A stretch of 61,558 nt of DNA. Source: Psammoneis japonica (lineage: Eukaryota). The notes beneath the pieces are model-generated. The model saw only the letters and a program-made list of their open reading frames with translations. It made no database searches and was not told where the DNA came from. The stretch is taken from positions 558,001 through 619,558 of the forward strand of contig QPGO01000031.1 of the NCBI GenBank assembly GCA_008632985.1. The letters run 5' to 3'. Of the stretch, positions 10,962 to 21,814 are shown piece by piece. How positions within the stretch are numbered: position 1 is the first letter of the stretch; the number at the start of each line of letters is the position of its first letter. Both the position numbers and the translations under genes were made by a program.

Positions 10962-13900
10962 ATGGGTTATTTTCTGCGAAGGAAAAAGTCTAAAGACAAG
11001 TCCAAGGACCTGTCATCATCGCAGTCTCTACTTCCATCTCGCAGAAGACGCTTATCGAAAAAGGACGACACGTACAGTTCAAAAAGTGGGTTGTTTTCCA
11101 AGCGAAAGGAAGAAACTTCAAGCTTAAGAAGTGGCTTCTTTTACAAAAAGCAAAGGGAAGACACACGCAGCTTACCCTCTCAGTTTGTTGCAGCACCCTC
11201 CCATAAAAGATGGGCTGATATTGAACCGCAATATGATGAGACGCCTCCGCCTTCCCCTCTTTTTACGGAAGCCAGTACGCCTTCACCGCTTCATGTGACC
11301 GTCATGGCGAGCCAAAAGTCGCGGGAGGCAGGTGGGGGGCATTCACTCTCTGGAACCACGATATCCGATCTCAGTGGTTCGCTAGTTACAAAGCCAACTT
11401 TGGAAGATGAAGAAGATTTGTCCTTATTAGAAGTCACTGGACCTGAATCTCCCCTTTCGGAAGGCAGTCAACCTGCCTCTCCGTATTCAGCTAGAGTCAC
11501 CACACTGGAACACGATTCGACATTGACAGAAGGAGAAAGAACGTTAGGGTTGTGCTCGCAGGATGCCGCCTCTGACATTGTCAATAACATTTTCGGTTTG
11601 GTTGGTGCGGGGTGCAAGCGCCCCGAGGAGAAGAAACCGAAATTTCAAGGAGACGAATGGGGCACGGCACCGTCCGCGTCAGTGGACGAGGGTGAGCCAT
11701 CGATCAAAACACCTCCAGTCAAGAACAAAGGAGTGGAGAAGGTGGAGATGGAGAAGGTGGAGAAGATTGTAAGTGCCACTCCAATTGAACGCACTCCCAG
11801 TGATCAGCACGAGGATTACGAAGTGGTCTTGGATGAAGAAGCTTTGGAACAGCAACGCTGGTTTGGCCGTTCAGCAAAGAGCTGGGCCGGAGAAACTGTC
11901 GCAGTGAGCGAAGCTGCCATTGACGCAAAAGCGGATCGATCAGTCACTTCCGATATGGATCAAGAAGAAAGATACAGGGCTGTATTTGGTGAGGATCCTG
12001 ATGTGGACAAAAAGAAGCAGAAAAAGATGGGTGGTATTATCAAGAACGCTTCAAAGCGATTGATCCCAAAATCGCCACCACGCAAGGAGAGAAAGCGCGC
12101 GAAGCCTCCCACCACGGCACCTTCATCCAAGACTACCGAGCCCGTGAAAGAGCAAAACGTCTCATCGGAATCCGAGTCCAACGATGTCGTGAAGCCTGAG
12201 GAACGCAATGCCAACGTCGATGACGATGACGAGAGTGGCAAGTATCTCCAACTCACCATTGACAATCTTAATGAGGAAGAGCTCTTGGGAGAAATTTTGT
12301 TTGACGACGAGGAGGAATCTAAGAAGCGATTTCCCTCGTTACCTCGCTCTTCTTCCAAAAAACGTGAACTCCAACAAGTCGAGACTTTGCCGAAAATTAA
12401 TGAGGAAGTGGAAGAGGCGTTTAGCAACGGTGGCGCAACCGAACTTAAGACCGTTCGTAGTCGCAGCTGGGGATTGTCGGGGCGCCCTATTAATCCGGTC
12501 AAGATGGACCGATCTCTCTCGGATGACAGTAAGGCGAAGAAGTTGACGAGAACCCTTAGCCAACCTCTGAAAAAGATTTCGGCGAGCTTCAAAAGGACGC
12601 CATCTTCAGAGCCAGTCAAACCTGAATGGAAGGAGGCGACAGACCCCGAATCGGGTCAGACGTACTACTACCATCGGGTAACGCGCAAGACATCGTGGAG
12701 CAAACCTCGCTGCCATGATAAACAAGTACGGGACTACCAAAGAGCCCTAAGAGCCAAGAACGAAGCCGGGGGCTTTGGAAACTTGGACAGTTTCAAGAAT
12801 TCTAGATTAAGTCGTTCTGCGGACTTGTCGGGGGTTCGGCAAAAGCAGTTGGACGACGGCTTGCCACCACTGGCTTCGGGCAAACGTTCGTTGACATCTG
12901 CATTAAGAAAGAAGAGTTCTGGGGACTTAAACGGTGGGACTCGGGGCACCGAGCAAGAAGTTGCCCGGCTTTTAAAGATTGTCACTCCAAAGGATGCAGC
13001 AAAGGTAGCGGAACTCATGCAGAAGCACGAGGGAAACGATGAAGCTCTGTTGGTGTCGCTTCGTGCGTTGGCTGAGTCTCATCCGTTTGACGAGCCCCTC
13101 GTCATGAAAGAGGAGGAAAATGATTACAGTGCACAGTCTGTGCAACGGACAATGACTACGCTCTCAGGGGTTTCTGGAGTGTCACGTGCACGATCAACCC
13201 GTACCGCCATATCAACTCTTACAGACACGACGCAAAAGGTAAAGAACACCAAGCGCACCGAGGAGGATAAAAAGGAAACTCCACCGGACGAGCCGACCCC
13301 TTCGAGTTCGCAATATCGTCCCACCCGTGAGCGAGCGTTGCGTGTTGAAGAGTTTCCAAGCAGCGAGTACGACCGCAAGAGGGCGGAGGTTTATGAGAGT
13401 AAGACTCCTCCACGTCACCGCGACATGACGACTTTGGATAACGATGATGAGACCAACAGCGTTGGTAACGATACGGATGGTTATGGCACCGATTCTGTTT
13501 CGGAGCTTGGCCATTCAGATACCGAGTTTCAACGCCAGCGGAAACGATATGATTTAGCAAGACGCATGGCCCTTGATGATGCTATCCGTAATAAGGATTG
13601 GGAGTTGGCGGTTAGTTTGACTGAGAATATCCGAGGACGTAGTTTTGACAGCAGGACGAGTTCTTTTTCTTGTCATGAATGGACTCAGTCTGAACTGGAA
13701 CGGCTCATATCTGAAAATGACTGGGATGCTGTAGCGGCATACGTTGCCTACATGCGCGATAGCCAAGAAGGAAAGGAGGACGGAATGCGAGGATACGATA
13801 TCCCCCACATGCATGAACGAGGCTCCCCGAGTAAAGCAAAGCGCAACACTGCACCGAATGCCGAATCTAGCCCTGTTTTGCAGAAACGATTTGGAGCAAA

Positions 13901-14072
13901 GTCGCAGCTTCAACACCACGATGACACCGGTCTGGCTTCCATTTCCTCCAGTTTTGATGAGAGCGTTTACACATCAGAAGAATCCTCGCTGTACACGTCC
14001 ACAGAGTCATCATCCGTTGACGTGAGTTTTGAACATTGGCGGCGCATGGCAACTTGGGCGAACAAATTATAA
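10962..14072 (+). CDS. Large low-complexity protein with one WW domain
   Basis: 1036-aa ORF. EWKEATDPESGQTYYYHRVTRKTSWSKP matches the WW consensus. C-terminal 'AI..KDWE/LI..NDWDAV' helical repeats. Confidence 0.8.
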   Translation: MGYFLRRKKSKDKSKDLSSSQSLLPSRRRRLSKKDDTYSSKSGLFSKRKEETSSLRSGFFYKKQREDTRSLPSQFVAAPSHKRWADIEPQYDETPPPSPLFTEASTPSPLHVTVMASQKSREAGGGHSLSGTTISDLSGSLVTKPTLEDEEDLSLLEVTGPESPLSEGSQPASPYSARVTTLEHDSTLTEGERTLGLCSQDAASDIVNNIFGLVGAGCKRPEEKKPKFQGDEWGTAPSASVDEGEPSIKTPPVKNKGVEKVEMEKVEKIVSATPIERTPSDQHEDYEVVLDEEALEQQRWFGRSAKSWAGETVAVSEAAIDAKADRSVTSDMDQEERYRAVFGEDPDVDKKKQKKMGGIIKNASKRLIPKSPPRKERKRAKPPTTAPSSKTTEPVKEQNVSSESESNDVVKPEERNANVDDDDESGKYLQLTIDNLNEEELLGEILFDDEEESKKRFPSLPRSSSKKRELQQVETLPKINEEVEEAFSNGGATELKTVRSRSWGLSGRPINPVKMDRSLSDDSKAKKLTRTLSQPLKKISASFKRTPSSEPVKPEWKEATDPESGQTYYYHRVTRKTSWSKPRCHDKQVRDYQRALRAKNEAGGFGNLDSFKNSRLSRSADLSGVRQKQLDDGLPPLASGKRSLTSALRKKSSGDLNGGTRGTEQEVARLLKIVTPKDAAKVAELMQKHEGNDEALLVSLRALAESHPFDEPLVMKEEENDYSAQSVQRTMTTLSGVSGVSRARSTRTAISTLTDTTQKVKNTKRTEEDKKETPPDEPTPSSSQYRPTRERALRVEEFPSSEYDRKRAEVYESKTPPRHRDMTTLDNDDETNSVGNDTDGYGTDSVSELGHSDTEFQRQRKRYDLARRMALDDAIRNKDWELAVSLTENIRGRSFDSRTSSFSCHEWTQSELERLISENDWDAVAAYVAYMRDSQEGKEDGMRGYDIPHMHERGSPSKAKRNTAPNAESSPVLQKRFGAKSQLQHHDDTGLASISSSFDESVYTSEESSLYTSTESSSVDVSFEHWRRMATWANKL

Positions 14073-14451
14073 TTCTACTTCTATATCTACTTTCGGTGAA
14101 CAGGTGGTTTTCACTAACTTTTTCTTAACGAGAAGAAGTAGCCAAGATTCTTTAATTGGTGCTAACTGCTGATGTGTTCGAATCTGGACAGTACACCACA
14201 CGCCGGTCGTTTCGGATGTTTGATGCTGTGAAGCTTTAGGTCACGTCTATTTCGCGGCCAAAGTTAAGAACCGAAGTACATCGACAAAGGAATCTCGTCC
14301 TGTCTCGGGCCGTTTCCTCCCGCCTAAATAGAGCGCAATTTGTGAATGATAGACAAATCTAGCAAGAGCGCTCTAGTATGGCATGATAAGGAGTCTTCGG
14401 TATTAGTACAGCTCACGGCATTTGCTATTGAAGAACTTCTAATTTGCTTTT

Positions 14452-16020
14452 TCAAAAATGCAATATTACCATGGCAGTCACCACATGCAACAGCGTAGAC
14501 GATACTTTCGCCCTTGCCGTGGACGTTGGATTACCTGTAGAGGAAGTCGCCCCCAAAACTTCAGTCGGTCCAAGTGTTCCGGTAGGAAGACTATTAGTTG
14601 ATGGAGGAGGCGTATCGTTTGCGTTTGTGGGCATGCCGATCACGACACCGCTGGGCGCATCCGTACCTGTTTGGGAAGGAAGAATGGGTCCTCTTGTTGG
14701 TCGAAATGTTGGGCGTGGAGTTGGTAGAGGGGTTTGCCCTTTGAATGTTGGCGCCGAAGTGTTCGTGGGACTTGGGGATGGGAAAGGTGTAGCGGTAGGC
14801 ATGGGGGTCATGGTGGGTGCCTCGGTTCGGCACTGCTCCAATGTCTCTGAAGTAGGGAGGTGAAGTTGGGGAGTAGGGGGGAGTGAAAGGGAACCAGGAC
14901 AGGCTTTAGTGGTACGCTGGGTAGAATAAATCATGCTGGCCCGTCCGATACCCGGGCGATGACCTTCTGGGATATTTAGACTTCTGTCGCCGTCGGGTGT
15001 CCATGTAAAGGCTTCAACTTGTCCAGATTGAACGTGCGGGTATTGTAAGCAAGATACAGATGACGCGTTAGGACCAGCAAGCACATCAGCAACCGTCTGG
15101 CCTGGACATCGTAAAAAGAGAAATGCCATATCAACATCACCAAGTCCAATAAGCGTCCCGTCAAACGTCATTTCACCGCTACGCCATTCACGGCCAATGA
15201 GTTGACCATCCGTTACCAAAGTCTGGCCACCCCTGTTTCTGGACTTGTAGTCATAGTATCCCACGGCTTTTGGACTATATCCGAGGGTCTTGGACGCGCA
15301 GTAGGAGTCGGGCCACGCATCTGCTGGGAATTTCACGAGTCGCGTATATTTATACATGTTGTCTCGCTTGCCACTCCATTTTGTGACGATATATAGGTCC
15401 CCAATACTTTCGCCCTGTCCCCATCCGACATGGTCCATAAACATGAGCTCCGCATCAGAGAAGCGCGTGGGCTGACTAGGATCGTCAAAGTTGTATTCAA
15501 GAATCGAAATGTATGACTCTGGAAGAAAATCCTGATCTTCAAAGTCCTCGAGTTTTGGTTCGCGAATCTTGACTATGTAATAAGGGATTCCCCAACGCCC
15601 AGTGAGCCGCCCCGAGTTTTGGCGGGCGGGATTATCTCCTCCATCAAAAACATAAAGACACGAATCGTTCACGCCAGTGTTGCCGCACGAACCGATAACC
15701 AACGCCTCCCAATCTCTGTTGAAGACAGTGGTGTTTGCGATTTGCAATGTTAGAAGTCTTTTTCCCGTCGCCGGATCCCAAAGACCTACCCGTTCTCCTG
15801 AGCCACCATCAGATGCTGCAAACAAAAGGGGTTCCCCCGAAGGGGCCTTTTGTGTTGGACTGAGTGCAATGCCTGAGATTTCCCCGAAATTTTGGAAGGG
15901 GTCTCGAGTGTCAATGCGACCTTTGTAAGTGCTTCCGATCGTGGGACACACCAAGGCGTCATTGGCAGCATTGACAGACACTAGACTAAGGAAGGTAAGA
16001 AGAAGAAAAGGGATTCTCAT
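14452..16020 (-). CDS. Secreted/surface protein: signal peptide, probable propeller domain, P/T-rich stalk, hydrophobic (GPI-like) tail
   Basis: MRIPFLLLTFLSLVSVNA signal peptide. EISGIALS, DWEAL, GDN, DAE and QVEAFTW motifs. PTxxP repeats and terminal LLHVVTAMVILHF. Confidence 0.7.
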   Translation of the reverse strand: MRIPFLLLTFLSLVSVNAANDALVCPTIGSTYKGRIDTRDPFQNFGEISGIALSPTQKAPSGEPLLFAASDGGSGERVGLWDPATGKRLLTLQIANTTVFNRDWEALVIGSCGNTGVNDSCLYVFDGGDNPARQNSGRLTGRWGIPYYIVKIREPKLEDFEDQDFLPESYISILEYNFDDPSQPTRFSDAELMFMDHVGWGQGESIGDLYIVTKWSGKRDNMYKYTRLVKFPADAWPDSYCASKTLGYSPKAVGYYDYKSRNRGGQTLVTDGQLIGREWRSGEMTFDGTLIGLGDVDMAFLFLRCPGQTVADVLAGPNASSVSCLQYPHVQSGQVEAFTWTPDGDRSLNIPEGHRPGIGRASMIYSTQRTTKACPGSLSLPPTPQLHLPTSETLEQCRTEAPTMTPMPTATPFPSPSPTNTSAPTFKGQTPLPTPRPTFRPTRGPILPSQTGTDAPSGVVIGMPTNANDTPPPSTNSLPTGTLGPTEVLGATSSTGNPTSTARAKVSSTLLHVVTAMVILHF

Positions 16021-16876
16021 GGCCTCACTAGCTCTGCAAAAGATGAAAAAATAGAACAAAATCGTAAGTGCATGCGGGACACTCTCAACTATGCATGAAT
16101 CTTCCGCACTGTTGTCGCTCGCACCTGATAAGTTGGGCTTGCACTAAGGGATTCAATCGCGGAATATAAAGAAAAGGAGAAGAAAAGACGATTAATCGAA
16201 ACAAGAGGATAACTCTGAGCTCTGATAAGCAGCCCACGGGAAAGAAGGGGACGCAGCATTCACTTTGGTAGACTGAGAAGAAAGCGCAGCTGCGCCACCT
16301 GGAACATGCCTCCCTCTTGCCGCCTGCAACAAACGACGAAGGGTTCTAGAGACTTGTTTTTTCGTCATGTACAGAGCTGACTTGTATGTCTACGACCTAC
16401 GACGGCAATGTCAACGACTTCTCATTCCATCTCCAGCACCTTTTGTTCTCAGTTCATTTTGAAACTGACGGTCGGCGGCAAGTTTCGAACCGATACGGGT
16501 CATGAATATCTTTTTTAAAAGATTTTATCATATGCATTCATTTTGGTTGGAAGTAAAGTTCGTTAAACCGTTGAATACATCTAAGAAATCCATCTATGCA
16601 ACATTCTTATTGCCCTTTCTATGCATCCGTTATTTAATATTAATAATACAAATATTAATGACTAGATACATTTCATTACTTTGTTCCGTTCGTTAGTCAA
16701 CGAGTGCTCACTTTTTGATTCGTTTTTGTGTTGTGATTTGCACTCTTCAATCTCCGACATTTTGCAACGAATCCCTTGCCAAGGCAGCCTCTGGTGGCGA
16801 CAAGTGAAAAGATTAATCAATCCAACCCGAGTTAACCCTTGACGAGAACTGCAAGACCAATTCCAAGCCAAAAGCA

Positions 16877-17776
16877 ATGTCAAAGCCGGTCGTGTTCATT
16901 CTGCTTTCATGGTGTGCATGCCCACATGCAGCAGAGCGAGAGCGCAAGCCACCTGAAATGGAAAAGTTGCACTGGGGAGAAATGTTGGATGCGGTTTCAG
17001 GGTTGGGCTTGGGGTCATCTCGGAAGCCACAAGATGCGTCCAGTTGCCCTGTGCCGACATTCATTTCGGAAGTTGTTTCATCACCACCAACTGAGTTTCC
17101 GACAGAGTCACCGGCACCAAGTCCAAGTCCTTCGCATTTTCCTGCCGCGTCACCTGCGGGCACCCCACAGCCAACTGGAACGCCTTTGGCACATCCAACC
17201 GAGAGTCCAGCACCAAGTCCCAGTCCCTCCATGTGCCCATCGGCGTCTCTTTCAAAGTCGCCTGCGGAATTTCCTAGTGATTTGCCTTCGGACCAGCCAA
17301 CTGCAGCTCCAACTGTGAGTCCCACCACGTCAATGGCTCCAACGAGCAGTCCAACCAAGACATTAGAGCCGACGTCATCACCCACGATTGGGGTCACCAT
17401 TGTGACATCATCTGTCAACCTGCTTCTTGAAAACGTTGAGAGTCTAATTGAAGGAAATGAAGCAGTTGCATTTGAAGAAGAAGCACCTCAATTCATTGCG
17501 GAAAACATCCCCAAAGACGACACTGCCGTCGTCACTGTCACCTCGGTTCAACTGGCTGATCAAGCCTTGATTGTGGCTCGTCGTGCCCTGCAAGACGAAC
17601 GAAGCATGCATCAAGGTGGTTTGAGCGTTGATGTTGGAGTTGTTGGTGAAGTTTCTCCACAGGGACTACAGCACCCAAAAAATTCACACGCCGATGAAAA
17701 AAGTGAGAGTTGTAGCCTGCTCGCAATAGCTTTTACAAGACACGAGGAAATAATAATTAGAAACAATATATTTTAA
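16877..17776 (+). pseudogene. Truncated, TpA-mutated copy of a PTxxP/PSxxP-repeat surface-protein gene
   Basis: Signal-like N-terminus and PTESPAPSPSPS repeats. No Tyr in 299 aa. Coding character ends at about 17660. Only 5 TpA in 16700-17660. Confidence 0.6.
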
Positions 17777-17995
17777 AAATAAAATGCATTGTGTATGATG
17801 AGGTGGCGAATTTCCTCTGTGAATCGGAAACGCGACTCGAGCCACGACTGACGTCTTGCGATCGTGTTGAAGGGTTTGTTGTGAGGTGCGGTGTCAAACG
17901 TGAGATGCACGACGTCGATTACGATGACAACCTTTCGCGCAACCACCTGCCCACCCCTTTTGAGTTGCGGGACCGCACAAAAGAGAAGCGAAGTA

Positions 17996-19666
17996 ATGAA
18001 CGCCATCGCAAGACAAAAATTTATTAAAGAAATATGCGGGCGAATCATTGATGTGCGACATCGTCGCATATTCAAGGGAAGAATCAAAATAAAAGATCAA
18101 AGAATCTCCTCCATAACCGAAGCTGAGAACGAGTCAGTCCCCGACGATCAATACATTTTACCAGGACTGATCGATTCCCATGTGCATGTTGAGAGCTCTA
18201 TGGTTGTTCCATCTGAGTTTGCGCGCATGGCGGTGGTCCATGGGACAGTCGGAACCGTCTCTGATCCGCATGAGATTGGAAATGTGATTGGTATCAAGGG
18301 TGTAGAGTACATGATTGACAATGGCAAGCAAGTCAACTTCAAGTTTTACTTTGGTGCCCCATCGTCCGTTCCAGCAACACAATTTGAAACTGCTGGTGCC
18401 GAGATAGATCCAATCGGTGTCGAATTCCTTCTCAAGAAGCCCGAAATTGTGTATCTTTCTGAAGTGATGAACTGGCCTGGAGTACTGCACAATGATCCAA
18501 TTGTTTATGCCAAGCTGGATGCTGCCAAGAGACTAGGATTGCCCATTGACGGCCACGCACCGGGATTGCGTGGGAAGCAAGCAGAAAAATACATCAATGC
18601 AGGAATCTCTACCGACCATGAATGCTTTACGTATGAAGAGGCAGAGCACAAACTAAAGCACGGTATGAAGATTCTCATCCGAGAAGGATCGGCTGCCAAG
18701 AATTTTGAAGCTCTGATCCCGCTGCTTTCTGATTACCCCAGTAGAATGATGTTCTGTTCTGATGACAAGCATCCAGATGATCTGGTTGACGGACACATAA
18801 ATCTATTGGTGAAACGAGCTCTTGCTCGCGGTCATGACTTGTTTGACGTACTTCAGGCTGCTTGCATAAACCCTGTTGACCACTACGGTATGGATATTGG
18901 TACATTGAACGTTGGAGACCCAGCTGATTTTATTGTTGTAAATGATCCGGAGGATTTTGTGGTGAAAGCTACATATATTAACGGTGAGCAAGTCTCAGAT
19001 GGATTACAAAGCCTTATTCCTCAGGTGTCGAACGCGGTGGTGAACAACTTTGATTGCGAGCCCATTCTGCAAGATCAGATAAAAATTCATGCCCGATCTG
19101 ACTCAATGCACGTGATTGAGGCTGTTGATGGCCAGTTATTTACCCACTGTCTTACAGAGCCAGTCAAAAGAGACGCAGATGGTTATGTCGTTTCCGACAC
19201 TGACCGGGACAACGTTAAAATTGTTGTGATTAACCGCTACGACAAGACTGCTCAGCCAGCAGTTGCGTTCATCCGAAATTTCAACCTTAAGAAAGGCGCG
19301 ATTGCCTCAAGCATTGCTCATGATTCGCATAATATTATTGCTGTCGGAGCTGACGATGGAAGCATTGTCCGTGCCGCCAATCTCATCATAGAAGCTAAAG
19401 GAGGAGTTTGCGCGGTCAGTGAAGAAGAAGAACTAGTGATTGAGCTACCGGTCGCTGGGATCATGTCACCTTCTGATGGGTATGAAGTGGCAAGAACCTA
19501 CTCAAAACTTGATGCGATGACCAAGCAAAGCCTGGGATGCAGGCTTGCATCGCCTTTTGTGACCTTATCGTTTATGGGACTTCTAGTCATTCCTTCACTC
19601 AAACTGAGTGACCTCGGGTTGTTTGATGCCGATAATTTTGAGTTCAAGAACCTGTTTGCTCCGTAA
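17996..19666 (+). CDS. ade: Adenine deaminase, bacterial AdeC type (amidohydrolase superfamily), intronless
   Basis: PGLIDSHVHVESSM, SDPHEIGNV, DGHAPGL, TDHEC, IREGSAAKN, SDDKHP, AIASSIAHDSHN, LPVAGIMS and IPSLKLSDLGLFD motifs. An alternative ATG lies at 17924. Confidence 0.93.
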   Translation: MNAIARQKFIKEICGRIIDVRHRRIFKGRIKIKDQRISSITEAENESVPDDQYILPGLIDSHVHVESSMVVPSEFARMAVVHGTVGTVSDPHEIGNVIGIKGVEYMIDNGKQVNFKFYFGAPSSVPATQFETAGAEIDPIGVEFLLKKPEIVYLSEVMNWPGVLHNDPIVYAKLDAAKRLGLPIDGHAPGLRGKQAEKYINAGISTDHECFTYEEAEHKLKHGMKILIREGSAAKNFEALIPLLSDYPSRMMFCSDDKHPDDLVDGHINLLVKRALARGHDLFDVLQAACINPVDHYGMDIGTLNVGDPADFIVVNDPEDFVVKATYINGEQVSDGLQSLIPQVSNAVVNNFDCEPILQDQIKIHARSDSMHVIEAVDGQLFTHCLTEPVKRDADGYVVSDTDRDNVKIVVINRYDKTAQPAVAFIRNFNLKKGAIASSIAHDSHNIIAVGADDGSIVRAANLIIEAKGGVCAVSEEEELVIELPVAGIMSPSDGYEVARTYSKLDAMTKQSLGCRLASPFVTLSFMGLLVIPSLKLSDLGLFDADNFEFKNLFAP

Positions 19667-20326
19667 TCTATTAGGAACGATTGTTCTTTGCTGCAAATAC
19701 CAAATAGACTAATTATCCAGTGGTGAAACGAATGGAGGGGTTCGAGAGACACACAGTAGACAGCTCGCAAAAAATCCTGATTAGACCGCATTTCTCTCTA
19801 GCTAGCGGTGAAGCTCTAGCATCTGCTGTTCTTCATAAACGGAAGACACTTCGTACAATAGCGTGCAGATTTGTTCTCTTGGCAGGGGCAGATCCTGCCT
19901 GTCGGAGAACTACCACTTTGCACTGCGATTATAAGCGGTGGCATTAGGAAAACTATCTTCTGCATTCAGTGAGATTTTGTCTGGAAATTTATGATCGAAC
20001 TCAACAAATTGAAATTCAATCAAAACCTGGCGAGACACTCCCTTGGTCACCTTGCTCAATGAGGCCTCCAGCATGACAATCGAGGGCATGGCGGACAGAA
20101 GACACGTCAGTGTGGTGTTAAGGCTATCTTAAGTATCTTTGAAGCACCTCGTTTTGTTGAGTGATCTTGCCATTCTTTGCTTCAACATTCAAGTGATAAT
20201 TTCTGATGCAGAGCACCCTTTTCAGGCTGATGCACAACTAGCTACTCGTTCTCATCAGAAGTTGCGTTATCATCAACCCCGCCCATTCGGAGTATGTCAC
20301 GTGCTCGACAAACCACCTTGTTGCGG

Positions 20327-21469
20327 TCAATGACTTTGACGAGAGCTTCTTTCCAATCGCCACTCCCTTATCTTCTGAAGCATGTTTGCTGGTCGTTGTT
20401 TGGGCCTTCTCGACTTCTGTCTCTGCTGCTCTTCCATTTCTAAAAAAGGATCGTTTGTTCTTAGAGCCAGCAGTGATTCAGACGATAGCAATGTTTCTTC
20501 CATGATGACTGGACGCGTAGGAATGACGTTACGACGTGGCCAAAGGAAACGATTTTCCAAAGATGTTTGGATCAACTTGATCAATTCTGTGCCGACCCAT
20601 GGGACTTGAGTAACTTCTCCACCCGCCACTTCCACAGCGACATCGATCTTGGGTGGCACTTCTCGTGGTAGTGATATGAGGATAGCTCCATACCCCGGAG
20701 GTTCGGAAATTAAAGGAGTCATTATAATGCGCAATTGTCCTTCAAAGCTGGCATCGCGCAGTGTCACAGGAACTTCCAACCCCAATTTATTTGTGACAAC
20801 AGTACAACGGGCCTCCAGATCATCGCTACTCCATGAAAGCTCCACATCAAACGCCATGGCATCATCTCTGCCAAGGTCATACGCATTGACTGAATGGATT
20901 TGTGGAGGCTGTGCAGTAGAGAAGTCAAATTCTTGCAGTGAAATGGATCGCGCATTGGGATTTTCGTCGAGTTCATCAAGTGCTGACCGTACAGCTCTTT
21001 CAATGATAGTTGACAAACTGTACGGCATGAGTCGATTTATCACATATTGAGCCAACGCCAACCCTTTTCGTCCGACTTTGCTTGACGCGTTCTTGCGCCT
21101 TTGTCGACGATTGTCACTGCGACTTTGTGATGATGCAGCAGCATATTTGGATCGCCAGCTCCGGCGCAAATCGTCCGCAAGCTTATTACTGTCACTGCTT
21201 CTTGCTCTCTTGAAGAGGCTCGTAATGACTTCTTCCCGGACGACTCCAACGAAGATTCTCAGAAGCGGCAGTATAATTGAAAAGAAGATGCCACCAAACA
21301 GGAATGCAATAATGAGCATGATAGGGGCACTAGACTGCCCGTTTCCTCTCAATGCTGTAGCAGACATTAAATTCGGAATCTTTGACATCGAGGAGGACGG
21401 GAGCGCAGAAACACAAGTCATAGGAGACCAGGGCCTTCTATTCTGGAAGAGTCGCGGTAGCTCGCCCAA
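20327..21469 (-). CDS. SMP (synaptotagmin-like lipid-binding) domain protein with N-terminal TM segment; start uncertain
   Basis: TM segment IMLIIAFLFGGIFFSIILPLL. SMP-like motifs FEGQLRIIMTPLISEPPGYGAILISL, GGEVTQVPWV and FLWPRR. Confidence 0.75.
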   Translation of the reverse strand: MGELPRLFQNRRPWSPMTCVSALPSSSMSKIPNLMSATALRGNGQSSAPIMLIIAFLFGGIFFSIILPLLRIFVGVVREEVITSLFKRARSSDSNKLADDLRRSWRSKYAAASSQSRSDNRRQRRKNASSKVGRKGLALAQYVINRLMPYSLSTIIERAVRSALDELDENPNARSISLQEFDFSTAQPPQIHSVNAYDLGRDDAMAFDVELSWSSDDLEARCTVVTNKLGLEVPVTLRDASFEGQLRIIMTPLISEPPGYGAILISLPREVPPKIDVAVEVAGGEVTQVPWVGTELIKLIQTSLENRFLWPRRNVIPTRPVIMEETLLSSESLLALRTNDPFLEMEEQQRQKSRRPKQRPANMLQKIREWRLERSSRQSH

Positions 21470-21592
21470 ACGCGCAGCAGGCCGTCGCTTGCTCCTCGGA
21501 CGAAAAAGGGCAAATCACATTGTCTTGTCTCTACCGGCACTCGCCATCAAGAAGGATTGTGAGGCAGCATTCTATCTACCGGCAAGCCACTC

Positions 21593-21814
21593 CTCGTTGG
21601 TGAGACGTTAGGGCAGAAGGCAATGAGCCAACTGCCGAGCGTCTGACAGACCGGGACCGCTGACGTCAATCTAGAATGCAGTGGAAGTCAGGGATCGCCG
21701 GATGGAGGGCCTCGGTTCCTGTCTCATTCCTTCCATCCTGTCTCATTCCTTCCAGGAAACTGAGGTTGAGAGGATGATGGTGGCGATGATGCCGCTTGAA
21801 TCCTTTTTTGCTTT
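21593..21814 (+). repeat. Split direct repeat A1
   Basis: Near-identical to 30085..30287. Carries an extra 19-bp tandem duplication (tcctgtctcattccttcca x2). Confidence 0.92.

Noticed and set aside
3400..16700. AT-rich intergenic patches (~3600, 5400, 10450, 16500) and ctag/tag-rich tracts (~5220, 7010) as MITEs
   Set aside because: No terminal inverted repeats or target duplications could be identified.
17996..19666. Adenine deaminase as the cause of the A->G signature
   Set aside because: AdeC amidohydrolases act on free adenine, not DNA. Proximity to mutated blocks is not evidence.
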